Assembly: GCF_021028975.2 (NCBI RefSeq)
Contig: NC_059427.1
Location: 156,116,001-156,180,000 of the forward strand
Direction: 5' to 3'
Source of the DNA: Sphaerodactylus townsendi
Lineage: Eukaryota
DNA length: 64,000 nucleotides
Shown here piece after piece: positions 12,867-25,394 of this stretch (within the stretch, counting starts at the first letter, position 1; every line of letters begins with the position of its first letter). Below the pieces are notes generated by a model, which was not told where the DNA came from, ran no database searches, and saw nothing but the letters and a program-made list of their open reading frames with translations. Position numbers and translations under genes: made by a program.

Positions 12867-13373
12867 TGTTTTTGGCCCACTCTGTGGCTGCCTCATTAGT
12901 AAAGAGCCACCAAAAATATATATTTGTCTTCACATTATCCAAGAGGAATTCGTTCTTTAATTCTTTAAGTGGGAATCTCCTACAGTGTCGCTAGAAATCC
13001 TTTCTGGTTTGATGCATGAGCATCTCCCACGGTTCCCGGTGATATTACGCTTTTTCAGCTAATATGCGCCATGTGCCAGGCATCCTTTTTACTGAGCATT
13101 TTCTCTCCCTTTTATAAGGGAGAGTTCATAAATACACAATCAGAACAGAGTGGGAATAATTAGTCATGTTTACCAACATATGCTACCCGGCCACCTTTGA
13201 ATCCGTCTCAGGGCCTGGGATTGTAAGGGGGGAGGGGGGGGGCTGGAATAGAATACCAGTAATTAGTTTTAAAGCAAATCATTTCAAATGGAAACTCATA
13301 GGTAAAGTCTAGTGAACTGCAGAAGGGGTGAAAAAAAGGATCTGATTTTTATATGACTTGGAAGGTAGCAAGC

Positions 13374-13533
13374 AGACACAGCAATATTTTATTCTGGAGA
13401 GAATAAATTAATTAATATCTCTGTAGCAACTCACGCAGCGGCTCTATGGTTGACTGCATTTAAACGAGATATATGTATCAAGCCTCGCTGGTGTTGTTAA
13501 CAAGAGTGATAATAAAGATGAAAAGGATCAGAA
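13374..13533 (-). ncRNA. HOTAIR: HOTAIR exon-6-like conserved block (candidate lncRNA segment or CNE)
   Basis: Two motifs, AGACACAGCAATATTTTA...GAATAAATTAATTA and CTGGTGTTGTTAACAAG...ATAAAGATG, match the reverse complement of the human HOTAIR last exon as recalled, in the same order and with similar spacing. Transcription is not shown by the sequence. Confidence 0.5.
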
Positions 13534-15792
13534 AGATTAAAGCAAAAAAAATTATTTCAAGGATCGGTGAGAACTTGGGTTTTCCTATGGGCCTGGCTTT
13601 TGTTCCTCACTGATTATGTTAACTGGCCGAGTTCATTAATAATAAAAAAATTAATTTTTAAAAGTATCTCTCTCACCGAAGTTATTTATGTGTGCATATA
13701 CTGGAAGAAAACCCATAGGGCCCAATCCTGCTACTTTGGAGTTCCATAGATTTCTCAGGTGAGTTTTCTCAAGAGATAACAGCACTCCTGATTTTTTTTA
13801 AAGGCCAGAGGTATGTATGATTTGTTGACCCAAACAAGCTTTTATGTCTCTCTCCCCAAAATGAGTGGTATTTGCTCCCATCATATGGCTTGTTTGCTCC
13901 GAGAGGTGCCCAAGGCAGTATTGGATTTTGTCCTCTGTTCAGAACCTAAAGAGCTGTTCCATTATTAAGAGTGCCATTCCATAATTAAAGAGTGGCTTCA
14001 GAGACATCGCTATCTTTTATGGCAAGGCCAAAAGTCAGAAAAGATTTTTCTCCTGGGCCTAAAATGAATCCCCCCCTCCCTTTCTTTGTTTAAGGTTATC
14101 TGATAGGCAAGCTATACTCTAGTCTCCTTACTATTAAATGTCACCCCCTCCATAGTGATGAGAAGGTCTTTTCTATTGTTTTTACAAAACCAGCCACACC
14201 TGAGAGTCTTTGAGAATCCAACATTCATCTCCTGAAAGGGGGAAGGGGAGGGGGTGTCACTTCATTGCCTCCAAGATGTTACCTTCTCCAAAACACATGC
14301 TTAATGGAGATGATATAATTATTAAAGGGCATGTGCAAGTTAATTTCACTGTGATGAAGAAGTGTTAATCTGTTAAGAGGATTTCCCCCCCTAAGCGATT
14401 TTTATCAGTATTATTAGTATCATTACATGAAATAGGCTGGGGGCGGGGGGGGGGGGTGGTGGACATATAGGGAATTCCAATGAATCGTTGCATTCAGACT
14501 ACCCAAAACTAGGGAGAGTTTTCTGCCTCCTGGAAAGGAAGTGCATGGCATCAAAATGTCTCAATAGCTTGCAAAATCACCCAAGTCCCACTTGTCAACC
14601 TCTTCGGGTTCTGCAAGGCAGAAGTCCTGACCAGAAGCAGAAAGTGGATAAGAGCCATCATGTATCTGGTGTTTTGACTCTCAAAAGCTCATTTTCATAC
14701 CCTGAAAATCCTGTTGCCTTCTGAGGTGCACTCAAATCCAACTAGCTGTTCTAAGTAGTCCATTGGGGTTTTTTTTTTCATGCATACCAACTATGAACCG
14801 TGAGAATACACAGGGTGATTGTCCGGAAGCAAATTTCAAGCCCTGGCACACTGATGCAAGTAGCTGGCCACCCTATAAAGAGGGTTTTTAAAAAGGCATA
14901 TACTCCCCTCTGCGGCTTGGACATGAAATTTACCCTTGGCCTGCCAAGAGGTGGGAATAGATATCTGCATTGACTAAGCAACATCTAAACATTCTCAATC
15001 TGATCCCATGGACACAACACTTGGTAGTACAAATTGGCCTCTGTGCACACATCTTTTGTTTCTCCAGGTGAAGATTTCGCTTCATCTAGCAGAGATCTCC
15101 TTAGAGTTTCTTGTTTACATCTAGGTGGGGGTGTGTGTGAAAGTGTGTCTATCTGACGATCCATTCACAAATGTCCATTACATAAACAGAGGTGCCCAAG
15201 TTGCTAGACACTCCCATAAGGATACAGATAAACAATGATATTGTTCTAGGGATATCTAAGCCAGGAGTCACTTTTAAGTCCCCTTCAAACCAAGAGAGCA
15301 TAATGCACCTTTTTGAATCTCACCCCAGCTGACACCAATTGAACTTTAAAAAAAATACAATTGGACTTTTAAAAAAATGTCTTGCATTGGGTTGTGCCTT
15401 TCATCGTTAAGCGTCTATTTAAATTATATGGGGCAAACCTCATTTCTGAAATTGGTCAGCTGTTGTTTCTGTGGGGCCCTGAATAAGACACAAGGAAGGA
15501 CCCAACAACCCCAGCCTGCCTCTGGTCACTGGAAAGCAAGTGTTGTGGATCCCAGGGAGATTTAGGTCTGAGTTTAAGATTTCTCTGCATGTTTGTTTTT
15601 AAAGGTGCAGAACGGCTTACACTCGAGTAGTTCGGCTTCATTCACTGGTGCAGAGGTTCTTCTTCCCAAACCGCTCCCTGATCCTTATTGACTTAGGTAG
15701 GAAACACAATGGTACATTGTGTAATACACTGCTGAATATTATCTTTTCCCCTCTTTTATTCCCTGTTCTTCCCTTGCGGGATATGAAAGGAT

Positions 15793-15979
15793 NNNNNNNN
15801 NNNNNNNNNNNNNNNNNNNNNNNNNNNNNNNNNNNNNNNNNNNNNNNNNNNNNNNNNNNNNNNNNNNNNNNNNNNNNNNNNNNNNNNNNNNNNNNNNNNN
15901 NNNNNNNNNNNNNNNNNNNNNNNNNNNNNNNNNNNNNNNNNNNNNNNNNNNNNNNNNNNNNNNNNNNNNNNNNNNNNNN
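15793..15979. other. Assembly gap (N run)
   Basis: Run of n. Confidence 1.
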
Positions 15980-16209
15980 AAGGTCTCCCCCCAGCGTCTC
16001 CTTATCTAAGAAAGGACCGAATACACTTAATTCTGAAACAAACACAGGAAAATTGCAAACACGTGCAATGGCTACCTGGTTATTTTTAAATTAAAAGTGT
16101 CTCAATTGGTTTGCCTTCCATTAGAAATGATAATAAGAATATCGAAGTTTCTTCGAATATTTTCGACCATGCCTTGATTTTGCAGAAAACTTTCTAGAGA
16201 TCGCCGTCA

Positions 16210-16370
16210 NNNNNNNNNNNNNNNNNNNNNNNNNNNNNNNNNNNNNNNNNNNNNNNNNNNNNNNNNNNNNNNNNNNNNNNNNNNNNNNNNNNNNNNNNNN
16301 NNNNNNNNNNNNNNNNNNNNNNNNNNNNNNNNNNNNNNNNNNNNNNNNNNNNNNNNNNNNNNNNNNNNNN
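16210..16370. other. Assembly gap (N run)
   Basis: Run of n. Confidence 1.
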
Positions 16371-16928
16371 GGAAATATATATATATTGTTTTTCAGTGGG
16401 TTTCAAATACAGGGAAACGTTCACCGTCCTCAAACAACATACAAGAAGAGCCAGCTGTTCGAATCGGGACAGATAATTTTCATTTAAAGGGAGCACCCTT
16501 CAAAGCCATCCCCCCCACCTTGCCACCCCCCCTAATCCCATCTCAAGGCCACATTCAACAGCAACCCAAGCCCTGCAACGGAGAAGTCTGCTCAATAGCC
16601 CTTTAGTACAGCAAGCTAGAGATGGGGGGGGGGAGGGGAGGGGGAGAGGAACCTTTGTTGATTCCCAGAAATGAATCCTCCCCGCCCCCCACACACACAC
16701 ACATTTTTCTCCCCGCCACCCCTTCCCCGTCCCCTGCTGGAGTTTACAGAAAATTGTACCTCGTTTGCTGCCGCTTAAAAATCAGCCAAGATCTTTAGCA
16801 ATTCAGTGAGACCTTGCCCGGCCGGTGCTAATCTTTATTTGTGTGTGTCGGATGACTTCTGTTTACAACTGTCTGTCTGGGTGGGCGGGGGCCGCCATTA
16901 CAAAGTGAAGGTCAAGTTAGCATCCTAC

Positions 16929-17103
16929 CTTATATGGCGTTCTGCGGTCCTCCATTTTCAAGGGTCTGTCGCAACGGGGCGAGATGACCACCCCCTTTCC
17001 TGATTCACGTAAACATGGTCGGGCTCTTTTCTGTTTGTTGCTTGCCCCCCACCCTGCCCGCCCGCCCGGGCGCCGTGCTGATTTGGGGGCGGTGGGGGGT
17101 TAT
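16929..17103 (-). ncRNA. HOTAIR: Candidate HOTAIR exon-4-like noncoding exon (175 nt) with canonical splice sites
   Basis: Minus strand acceptor cctttcctctttatcttggtctctgcattcAG| and exon end AAAGAGCCCGACCATGTTTAC...TGAAAATGGAGGACCGC...ATATAAG|GTAGGA. Recalled human exon end: AAAGAGTCTGATGTTTAC...TGAAATGGAGGACCGG...TTATAAG|. Confidence 0.55.
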
Positions 17104-19081
17104 CTGAATGCAGAGACCAAGATAAAGAGGAAAGGGGGAATTGGGGGGGGGGAACTGTGTGGGAGTAAGACCAGATCTCCTCCTGACGACTGCTGCTTGG
17201 AAACTTCCCCCCCCCACCTCCCCACCCCCCAAGCTTTGGATTTCAGACTTCAAACAAGTCCTCTTTCAACGAGCTGCGAGCGCGTCTGCCGTGGAGGAAA
17301 TTAAACGTCATAAAGAAAAGCCCAATTAGGGTTGAATGTCTCAACATTACGGTTTCCTCCAGAACACAACGAAGCCCGCTCGGTAAGGGGGGGTGGGAGG
17401 GGGGGACGGGTATGGGAGGGCGCCTTTAGATTACCTCGGCTTAAAAGAGTCTTAAACGTGTAATCCTTAAGTAAAGGAGGGGAGAGGGAGGGGGAGAGGC
17501 AGAAATTAATAAGAAAAAAGATAGATGTGGGGAGAGAAAGAGAGTTTCTTGGAAGGCTTGGTGCCTGTTGTGTGTCTACGTGTGTGTAACGATCGGGTCT
17601 CTGTGTGGGCACTCACTCTCTTTAAGCACAACCCCCGCGCAAACAGGCGCCGATCCTCCCAACGTGCCAGTTAGCCGCGGCCAAGATGACCCCATCGCTG
17701 GATCTCCTTGGGTTCTGAGATCCGGCAAGAATGCCTGGGAAGGTGGGTGGCCGGGGAGAGGCATGGCCGATAAGGTAATCTCCCGACTGGGTCGAAGGGT
17801 GGGCTTTTTGAGGTGGCTGGGGTGGGTGGGTGGGAGGTGGGAGCGATAGAGAGGACGGGGAGGCCGCCCTTGGAGCCAAGAGAGCGCCCCCCTCCTTCCC
17901 AACGGCGAAGCGAGTTCTGGGCGCGGCGCGACCGACATTGGCTTCCTCTAAAGCCGGACAATATGATTCCTTTTGGGGGGGAAATGCAGAGAAGGAAATG
18001 GATTTTTAAAAATCTATTATTGCAAATGGGGACTATGACAATCCGGGCTCGGTTCTGGTCGCCGCCGCCACCCTTCACTGTCTTGATGCAGGCCAATTAT
18101 TTCTTTAAAAAAAAAAACCTGGTCTCACGGTGGCTGCGACCCTTTAAAAAAATAGAAGGAAGAACAGAACAAAACAGAAAACAAAACAAATAAAGGGGAG
18201 GGGAATCCCTCCATCACTTACGCGAGAGCCATTGGCATGGAACTCAATCGGACTTTCTTTCCGGGGAAGTCATTACCAAATGCATAAATAAAACATACAA
18301 ACCTCCCTGCAGACATCAGGGGGACTGGATCTCGACGGCTGGATTATCGGGCCTTTCTTGGGGGTACACTGTGGAATCAGCCTGTAAGAAAGAGATTTCT
18401 GTGTTTTTTTCCTGATGTCTGCAGAGCGCCTGTGGCTAAACGTTTTGGGCTTTATTCCTTAATGATGTTATGATGGGGAAGGGCAAGGAACACGGCAGCT
18501 ATTTAGATCCTGGTCCATTAGATAAGCGAACAGATTTTCCAACGTGACAGTTTCTAAAGCCACTTAATCTATACCGTGTGTGTCTGTGTGTGTTCTCTCC
18601 CGACGAATGCCAGATGTGCCTTTTAAGCTGTCTCCCCGTTTTGAAATTTCCAATTATAACTTTGTTATAATTGGGACCTGTGTGGGACCCTTTTGCCCTG
18701 CGGGACAGCAAGTAAAGTGGAAAGAGGATCACTGGGGGAAAAAAATCAAAACGCAGCTTCCAGAGAGTTTTAGTCTTTTCGTCCTTACCTGAAAAGAGAC
18801 TTTTCAAGCCTTCCCTCCACCGTGAATTTTTGCCGTCCTTTCCTTCAGATGTCACCTGCCTACCATGTTCGCTACCTAAGAGTGGGCATGCCCGCAGAGT
18901 GCACCCCTGAGGCGCACTTGTTTAGACATACTGGAGCTTGCTTCTTAGTAAAGAGATTTAGGATTGTGTCCTCGTTATTAAAGGATAGGATGTGGGGTGG
19001 CGGCACCGCTGCGCAAAGGTGTTGAGATCTTGAGATCTCTGGAAATGTTCCCGGACTAAGCTTTATATTTATATGGTAGGT

Positions 19082-19520
19082 NNNNNNNNNNNNNNNNNNN
19101 NNNNNNNNNNNNNNNNNNNNNNNNNNNNNNNNNNNNNNNNNNNNNNNNNNNNNNNNNNNNNNNNNNNNNNNNNNNNNNNNNNNNNNNNNNNNNNNNNNNN
19201 NNNNNNNNNNNNNNNNNNNNNNNNNNNNNNNNNNNNNNNNNNNNNNNNNNNNNNNNNNNNNNNNNNNNNNNNNNNNNNNNNNNNNNNNNNNNNNNNNNNN
19301 NNNNNNNNNNNNNNNNNNNNNNNNNNNNNNNNNNNNNNNNNNNNNNNNNNNNNNNNNNNNNNNNNNNNNNNNNNNNNNNNNNNNNNNNNNNNNNNNNNNN
19401 NNNNNNNNNNNNNNNNNNNNNNNNNNNNNNNNNNNNNNNNNNNNNNNNNNNNNNNNNNNNNNNNNNNNNNNNNNNNNNNNNNNNNNNNNNNNNNNNNNNN
19501 NNNNNNNNNNNNNNNNNNNN
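19082..19520. other. Assembly gap (N run)
   Basis: Run of n. Confidence 1.
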
Positions 19521-19611
19521 GAAGCACAATTGAAAATATTCTGTTGGGAGACAGGCTATCTAGCTAACAGTATGATTCGATCAAAGAGTCCAGTTGATCT
19601 GGGAAAGGGTG

Positions 19612-19684
19612 GGGTTAAGTGGAGCCCAGTTCTCCCATGGCTGCCAATAGAGCTTAAAAGCGCTTAACTTGGTCAGATCGGGCC
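19612..19684. mobile_element. Decayed short palindromic MITE, same family as 12291-12365
   Basis: GTTAAG...CTTAAC inverted pair, plus similarity to the 12.3-kb copy. Confidence 0.4.
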
Positions 19685-22600
19685 CCCAATAAGCCTTTTG
19701 TTCTCGGCAATTTTGAACTCATCCAGTTCATTCAGAAGATTTTCATCAAGGCTTTCCGGAAGCTGGCCCAGGGCACACGAAATATGGAAAGTGAACCGCG
19801 GCCGGATGCCCGTGTGTTCTAGAGAACCGGAACAAGGGCTGTTCTGGATCTTTCAGAGGTAGTACCTTAAGGAAGGGGACACCTGAAGCCATGTGCTACT
19901 AACCTTCAAAAGGAAAGGAAGGGGAAGATCAATCCTGGTCCCAATTTAAATAATTAGGGTGCTTTGGGCGTTGTATTTAAAATGGCACCGTGGAATGAAT
20001 TTGGAAATCTATTTGCACTTGACTGCTCAACACTTCCTTCATTTCTAAAGATGTAGTCCAGGGGACAAGGCAGGTGACCTAATTTCCAGAGGTCAGTGTT
20101 TGCTTATAATCGAGAAACTCATCCCTTGCTCAAGGACCAGAGACTCCTCCGTGCGCAGGCGCACACTCTCCCATGCAAACAAAGGGACCGATCTTCCCGA
20201 GCATTGTCCAAATGCGCTCTGAAGTAACGCGCGAGTCTTATAGGTGGGCTCTGGGTGGGCCAAATTGTCACCCTTTTAACTATCTCGGGCATGGGGGGGG
20301 GTCATTTTAGTCTGATAAATCTGAGTTGTGGGGCTGAGTCCAACAGGACTGGACTAGGCGGAAGAAAGCTGTTGAAGATACCCCCCCCCCCCGCCCCTAA
20401 AAACGTTGAGATTTCACTTTGATCACGGTGCGCCTGCTGAGATTGAGGCTGCCTGCCGGCTAAAATGAAAGAGATGTCGGTATCAAGGTTGCCCGGCTGT
20501 TTTTAAAAAGGGTCTTCAACCCACACGGCCCAAATTAAACTGGTCTTCTGCAACCTTTCTGCAAAAGCCTCGTTCGCGAGGGCGCCTCCTCATCTTGTAC
20601 AATCTACCTTCACATGGAAGTTTATATTGTGCGAGACGAGATATTTGATCATAAACCGGGCTCGGGTGGGAAACAATCCTTTCATAGGGGAAAGCTGGGG
20701 TTTTATATCCGCCCTTGCGTTTGTCAGAGTTCCTCTGCGGGAAATAAAGCCTTCTAAATATATGCAAGTCTATTGTGTGTTTTATATGAATATGATTTAG
20801 AGTGTTTGCTTGCTTTTAGAGGGTCGCTCCTCCCCATAGGGCTTATATATATTGTATTGGCTCATGAACGGCCCTCTTTGAATTTTACGCAACGCAATGC
20901 GCTTATAATTCCTTTAAAGCTGACCCGTGGCCCAAAAATGGACTTTTCCCCTTCCTTTGCAAAGCAAAACATACGTCCTTTGGCAGAGTCTAGAGAACTT
21001 GGCAAACTCAACTGAACTCTCGAGAACAAACAAATGTGAAATCCTGTCGATTCGATCTATCAGTCAATCAATCATTCATAAATGACTATAATTGCAGTTA
21101 GAGCATGTACATGCATACATGCATACGTACATATGTGATGGAGGGGTTGTAGAAACTTAAGAGATATAATTATTGTCCATTGATTGTCCGCTCATAACTT
21201 CGTGATCACGAAGCCTGACAGAATAACTTGCTATTGTGCGAAACAAAGCTGCAGTCCTGTGTAAGTCTCCTTGGAGCAAGCTCCAGGGAAATGCGAGGGA
21301 TTTACTTCAAAGTAAACCTGTCTACTATTCGGACTGCCAGACTGGGCCCTTCTGAGTTCTGTCGCTCTCTTTCAGCCAGTTCTGTCGCTCTTTCTGTGAA
21401 GTAGAGCCGCATTGGGACAGAGCTACTGAGACCTGAGGGCGTTTCAGTTTTTCTTCCAATAAACCAAGGATCCTCTGCGATCTGCACCATGATGGTAGCT
21501 TATGTTACACGGATACTGACCAGAGGAGAGTTCTATGCGGGACTTCGTCTCAGGACAACCTGATATCAGAGGCGTTCAGGCGCGCAGTGTTTACTTTGCG
21601 TGTGGCTGGGAAGCGGACAGCTTATCAGCTGTTATCTTTATTGGGTCCACATGATTTTGAACTTGCAGCCCGGGTCTGCGGCAGATCTGAAGCCCCTTTC
21701 CCCCGTTTGGAACCGTTCGCAGCATACACACTATACCACACCGTCTTTATTAGGCTGGCTTATATCCAATTAAATTTATCTTTGCCATTGGGGGATAATA
21801 ATATTTTCCAAGGGCTTCCTACTTGTAGCTATTGTCTCCGGCCCCGGATTTCCTGAGCACACTCAGGCCGCCGAGGATAATCTGCTTTATTGGCGTAGGG
21901 CCGTAGTGCCCATTGGCTTGATTTGAATGCATGGGGGTATTTTATTTTTCCTTAGGAAGCTAGCACAGTATTGTTGCACCAACTATAGCATGGCTGTGCC
22001 GTGCCCAGGCTGAGATCCCAATCAAGTTTACATGGGATTCAGTGAGTCTTTACCTCCAAGGAAGTTCATTCAGATGCTCAGGCTAATCTGATATGTCGCA
22101 GGCGTCTGGGGCTGGAGCTATTTAATCAAACCAAGGCACACAAATGTGGGTACTTGAAAATGTCTGGGTGGCTCTTCCGAACACCTTTCAACATTACTTC
22201 CATCCACAACGAGCTTCCCCCCCCCACCCCACCCCCCTCCCCGCATAGGGATTTATGCTTCTGTTTTATACCCGATAGATGGACAGGTTAACTGCTGCAG
22301 CTTCATCCCCATATTCGTGGGAAAACCAACAAGAAAACAAACCACAAGGATATGAACAAGGTGCTGTATTCGAGTACTTTCTCCCATCTTGCCTCCTTGA
22401 GAGCTGTCCGAAATGAGCATTATCTATATAGCTACCGTTAGAATGCTAGGGAGACATAAATTAATGAACTGAAATTGGTTTGCCTATCTGTGTCCCACAA
22501 ACACACACACAAAATCCCACAAATGTATGGAGGCATTCACTAAATGAAGTGATCATAAAAAAGCTGCTCGGAGAAATACGCTGATAATCATATGGAGCCC

Positions 22601-25226
22601 AATGTTCTATATGGTCATTTGAGTTAACCTAGTGAATGACTCTATAGCGATTCTGGAAGACAAGTGTTCAGATGTTTGGTTCCCCCCCTCAAAAAAATTG
22701 CAGTCTTTGCGCTGGATTACAGACATGATTTTCTTTCTCGACTTGCTAACGGAGCAGATCAAATAGTTTACTGATGGCAAATGTTTGAGTGCACACCCTA
22801 ACTTGGACGCACTAGAGAGGTCAGTCTGCATTTGCTTGTACTGTTCGCAAAAAACCCCCCCAATGTTTACATTTCTTTGGCCAAGTCCGCCACACACATA
22901 AAGGACCATAAGCTCATTTTTAGCCACCTAGAGAGTTTTGCCCAAAGGGGTATTTTGTTCCCCCTGCCCGCCCATATTGTAAGGTGTACTTTAAACGTCC
23001 TCATGGTTGTATCAAACAAGAGATCTGGCAGCGTGGGATGGAAATCAATTAATGTATTAACTTATGAAAATCAGTGTTGAAATACACTTGGAGAGCCACA
23101 AGCAGCCTCCCAGATCCATACGCATATGTCTAATTACACAAGTGAAGCCCTTCTTGACAATTGACATAATCCCTGTGCGTTTTGCTGTGTAGTTATTTCC
23201 TTTCCTCTTCTAGTCTTTCTTTCTTTCTTCCTTTCTTTCTTCCTTTCTTCCTTCCTTCCTCTATTAATACCAGGTCTGGTCACCTGGCCAACAACTCCGA
23301 AAACTCTTTCAGTTCACCTTTGTTGGAATGGTTTCATAATACTAGTAACTATGATGACTGTTATCAGTACTATCATCTTTATTATTACCACGGTGGCTAT
23401 TGTTACTGTGACTAGGATTGTTCCTATTTCTATTTTTTTCTCCTTCCATTTTAAATAGACTTTAACAAAAACAACAAAAACCCACAGCCATTCCTGGCTG
23501 GGAAAATGAAATCTATCAACGATTAAAGAACTCAGCAGACCCTTCGGTTTATTTGCCTTATACTCATTGGGCTATTTTTTTTTAAGTGGAGACCAAAAGG
23601 AATGCGAGACTTCCAGCCTTCATTCTTTTGTTTTATGGTAGGCAGGGAAATGACTTTGGTGGTTCAAATTCAAGTGCTGCGCCTCCCCAGCTGTCTTCTC
23701 TGTGCTTCTTCGCAGGAAGCCGACAAATCCTATACTTTAAAGCGGGCTTTAAAAACCACAACTGCACCGAGGCTGGCTTCAGCTTCCATCTACCTATTAA
23801 GAGCAATAAATTATTCGCACACCTAGAGGAGAGAGACCCTACACGTTATACCCCACATGCTTTCAGCAGCAATCCCTTCTGATGGTCGCCAGCGAAAAAG
23901 GGGATTCTGCCCCTCCAAAATTAGAAGGGGGCTCTACATTGTGTGTTGGAGCATCTTTCTGTCCCCTCCACGCCCCCCCCATCCCATCCTTACAGATGTG
24001 CTGAATTCTTTCTCACCCGGGCAGGTTCCAAAGATTTGGAACGGAAAGGGGAGGGGGGGGAGAAATAATGTCCCTGGTAAACAATATCTTTATGATTGTA
24101 ATTCGTATGAATATTGCCCCGTAAAAGGGCGAGTTGAAGGCTGCCTGACAGTTTAATTAAAAGTTTTGTCCAAAAACAACATCCAACTCGTAAAAGCAGG
24201 GGAGACGAGGGAGCCTATCTTGCTAGCACCCCCCCCCCTCCAGTTTTCTTCCTCTTGCTCATTGCAACCAGGGGTGTTTGGAAAGCACAGCAGAGTATGA
24301 AACAGTGATCATCGAGAGTATTTATTATTTGTCCACCGGCTGGAAAGCTTCTTCCCCAGGGGAGAGAATTCCAAACAGCAACGGGCATCCTATTCAGTCG
24401 GACCTTGTGAGGATCGAATCTCCGGTCCAGGTGGACAACATTGCTCGAGTCAAGGTAAAACGATGGAAGCGCCCGTTTCGTTTTGATCTCGCCTGGAGGA
24501 TTTCTAACGAATGCATTAAAAAAACCCAACCATATTGCAGTACCTCCACTGGGGTTTGCAACCTATACTGCATCTACCAGGGTGTCTCTTTCCCCTTTTC
24601 TCTTTCCAAGACACATGGTTCTTGAATCGTAATAAACTTCTTCAGATTGGCACCTTACCTTTTTTTTTACCGTGTTCCCTTTTTGTCTGCCTAGTCATTC
24701 TCATTTCCTGAGGCGTGTGAAAAAAGCTTTCGGCTAAGATAACGATTTTGCCCGCAAGCCAGTTCTACCTACTATTTAGACAATACCTGATGATTCAAAA
24801 GCCACATAAGCAACCTATCACTCCCAAAGATAATTTTTTTTCAGAGTCAGGAGGCGAACGAGGTCACCTCTGATCCTGTGACTTCTCTGGGATCTTGCCT
24901 TTCTGAGACTGCAATTAGTTTTTTTGGGGGAAAAGACGTCTTCAGACTTTTTCTAAGGAAATTCTTAGCACTAGGGTGAACGTTCCTGAGCAATTCTTCT
25001 CTCCCCCCCCCCCCATTAGTGTTGACCAGCCTGTTATGTTCCTGGATTTTGTTATTTGTTCTTGGGAGTTTAATTTACTGCAACACCAATTGACAGGATA
25101 TCGCCAGGGAAGTCATGTTGCCCTCCTGGTGCTGTGTGAATCTGGTTATGAGGCTTTTAAACTGTCCAGTATTTGAGACAGCAAGAAAGTTAAGGCGGGA
25201 GGATTCTATGTAAACAAAGCAAAGGG

Positions 25227-25394
25227 CCTCCCTTATTTCCCCCACCTCTGAGCTACCCCCACCCCATACCCATTTCCGAATCCTCCTGAACAACTGAAAG
25301 GAAAATCCCACTCTCCCCTTATTTCCCCCACCTCTGAGCTACCCCCACCCCATACCCATTTCCGAATCCTCCTGAACAACTGAAAGGAAAATCC
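25227..25394 (+). repeat. Tandem duplication (period 86 bp) of a unit also found at 26727-26808
   Basis: CCCTTATTTCCCCCACCTCTGAGCTACCCCCACCCCATACCCATTTCCGAATCCTCCTGAACAACTGAAAGGAAAATCC at 25230-25308 and 25316-25394, identical. Confidence 0.95.

Noticed and set aside
25227-25394. Direct repeats as a CRISPR-like array or LTR pair
   Set aside because: Vertebrate DNA, only a 7-nt linker between copies, and no TG..CA ends, TSD or internal domain.
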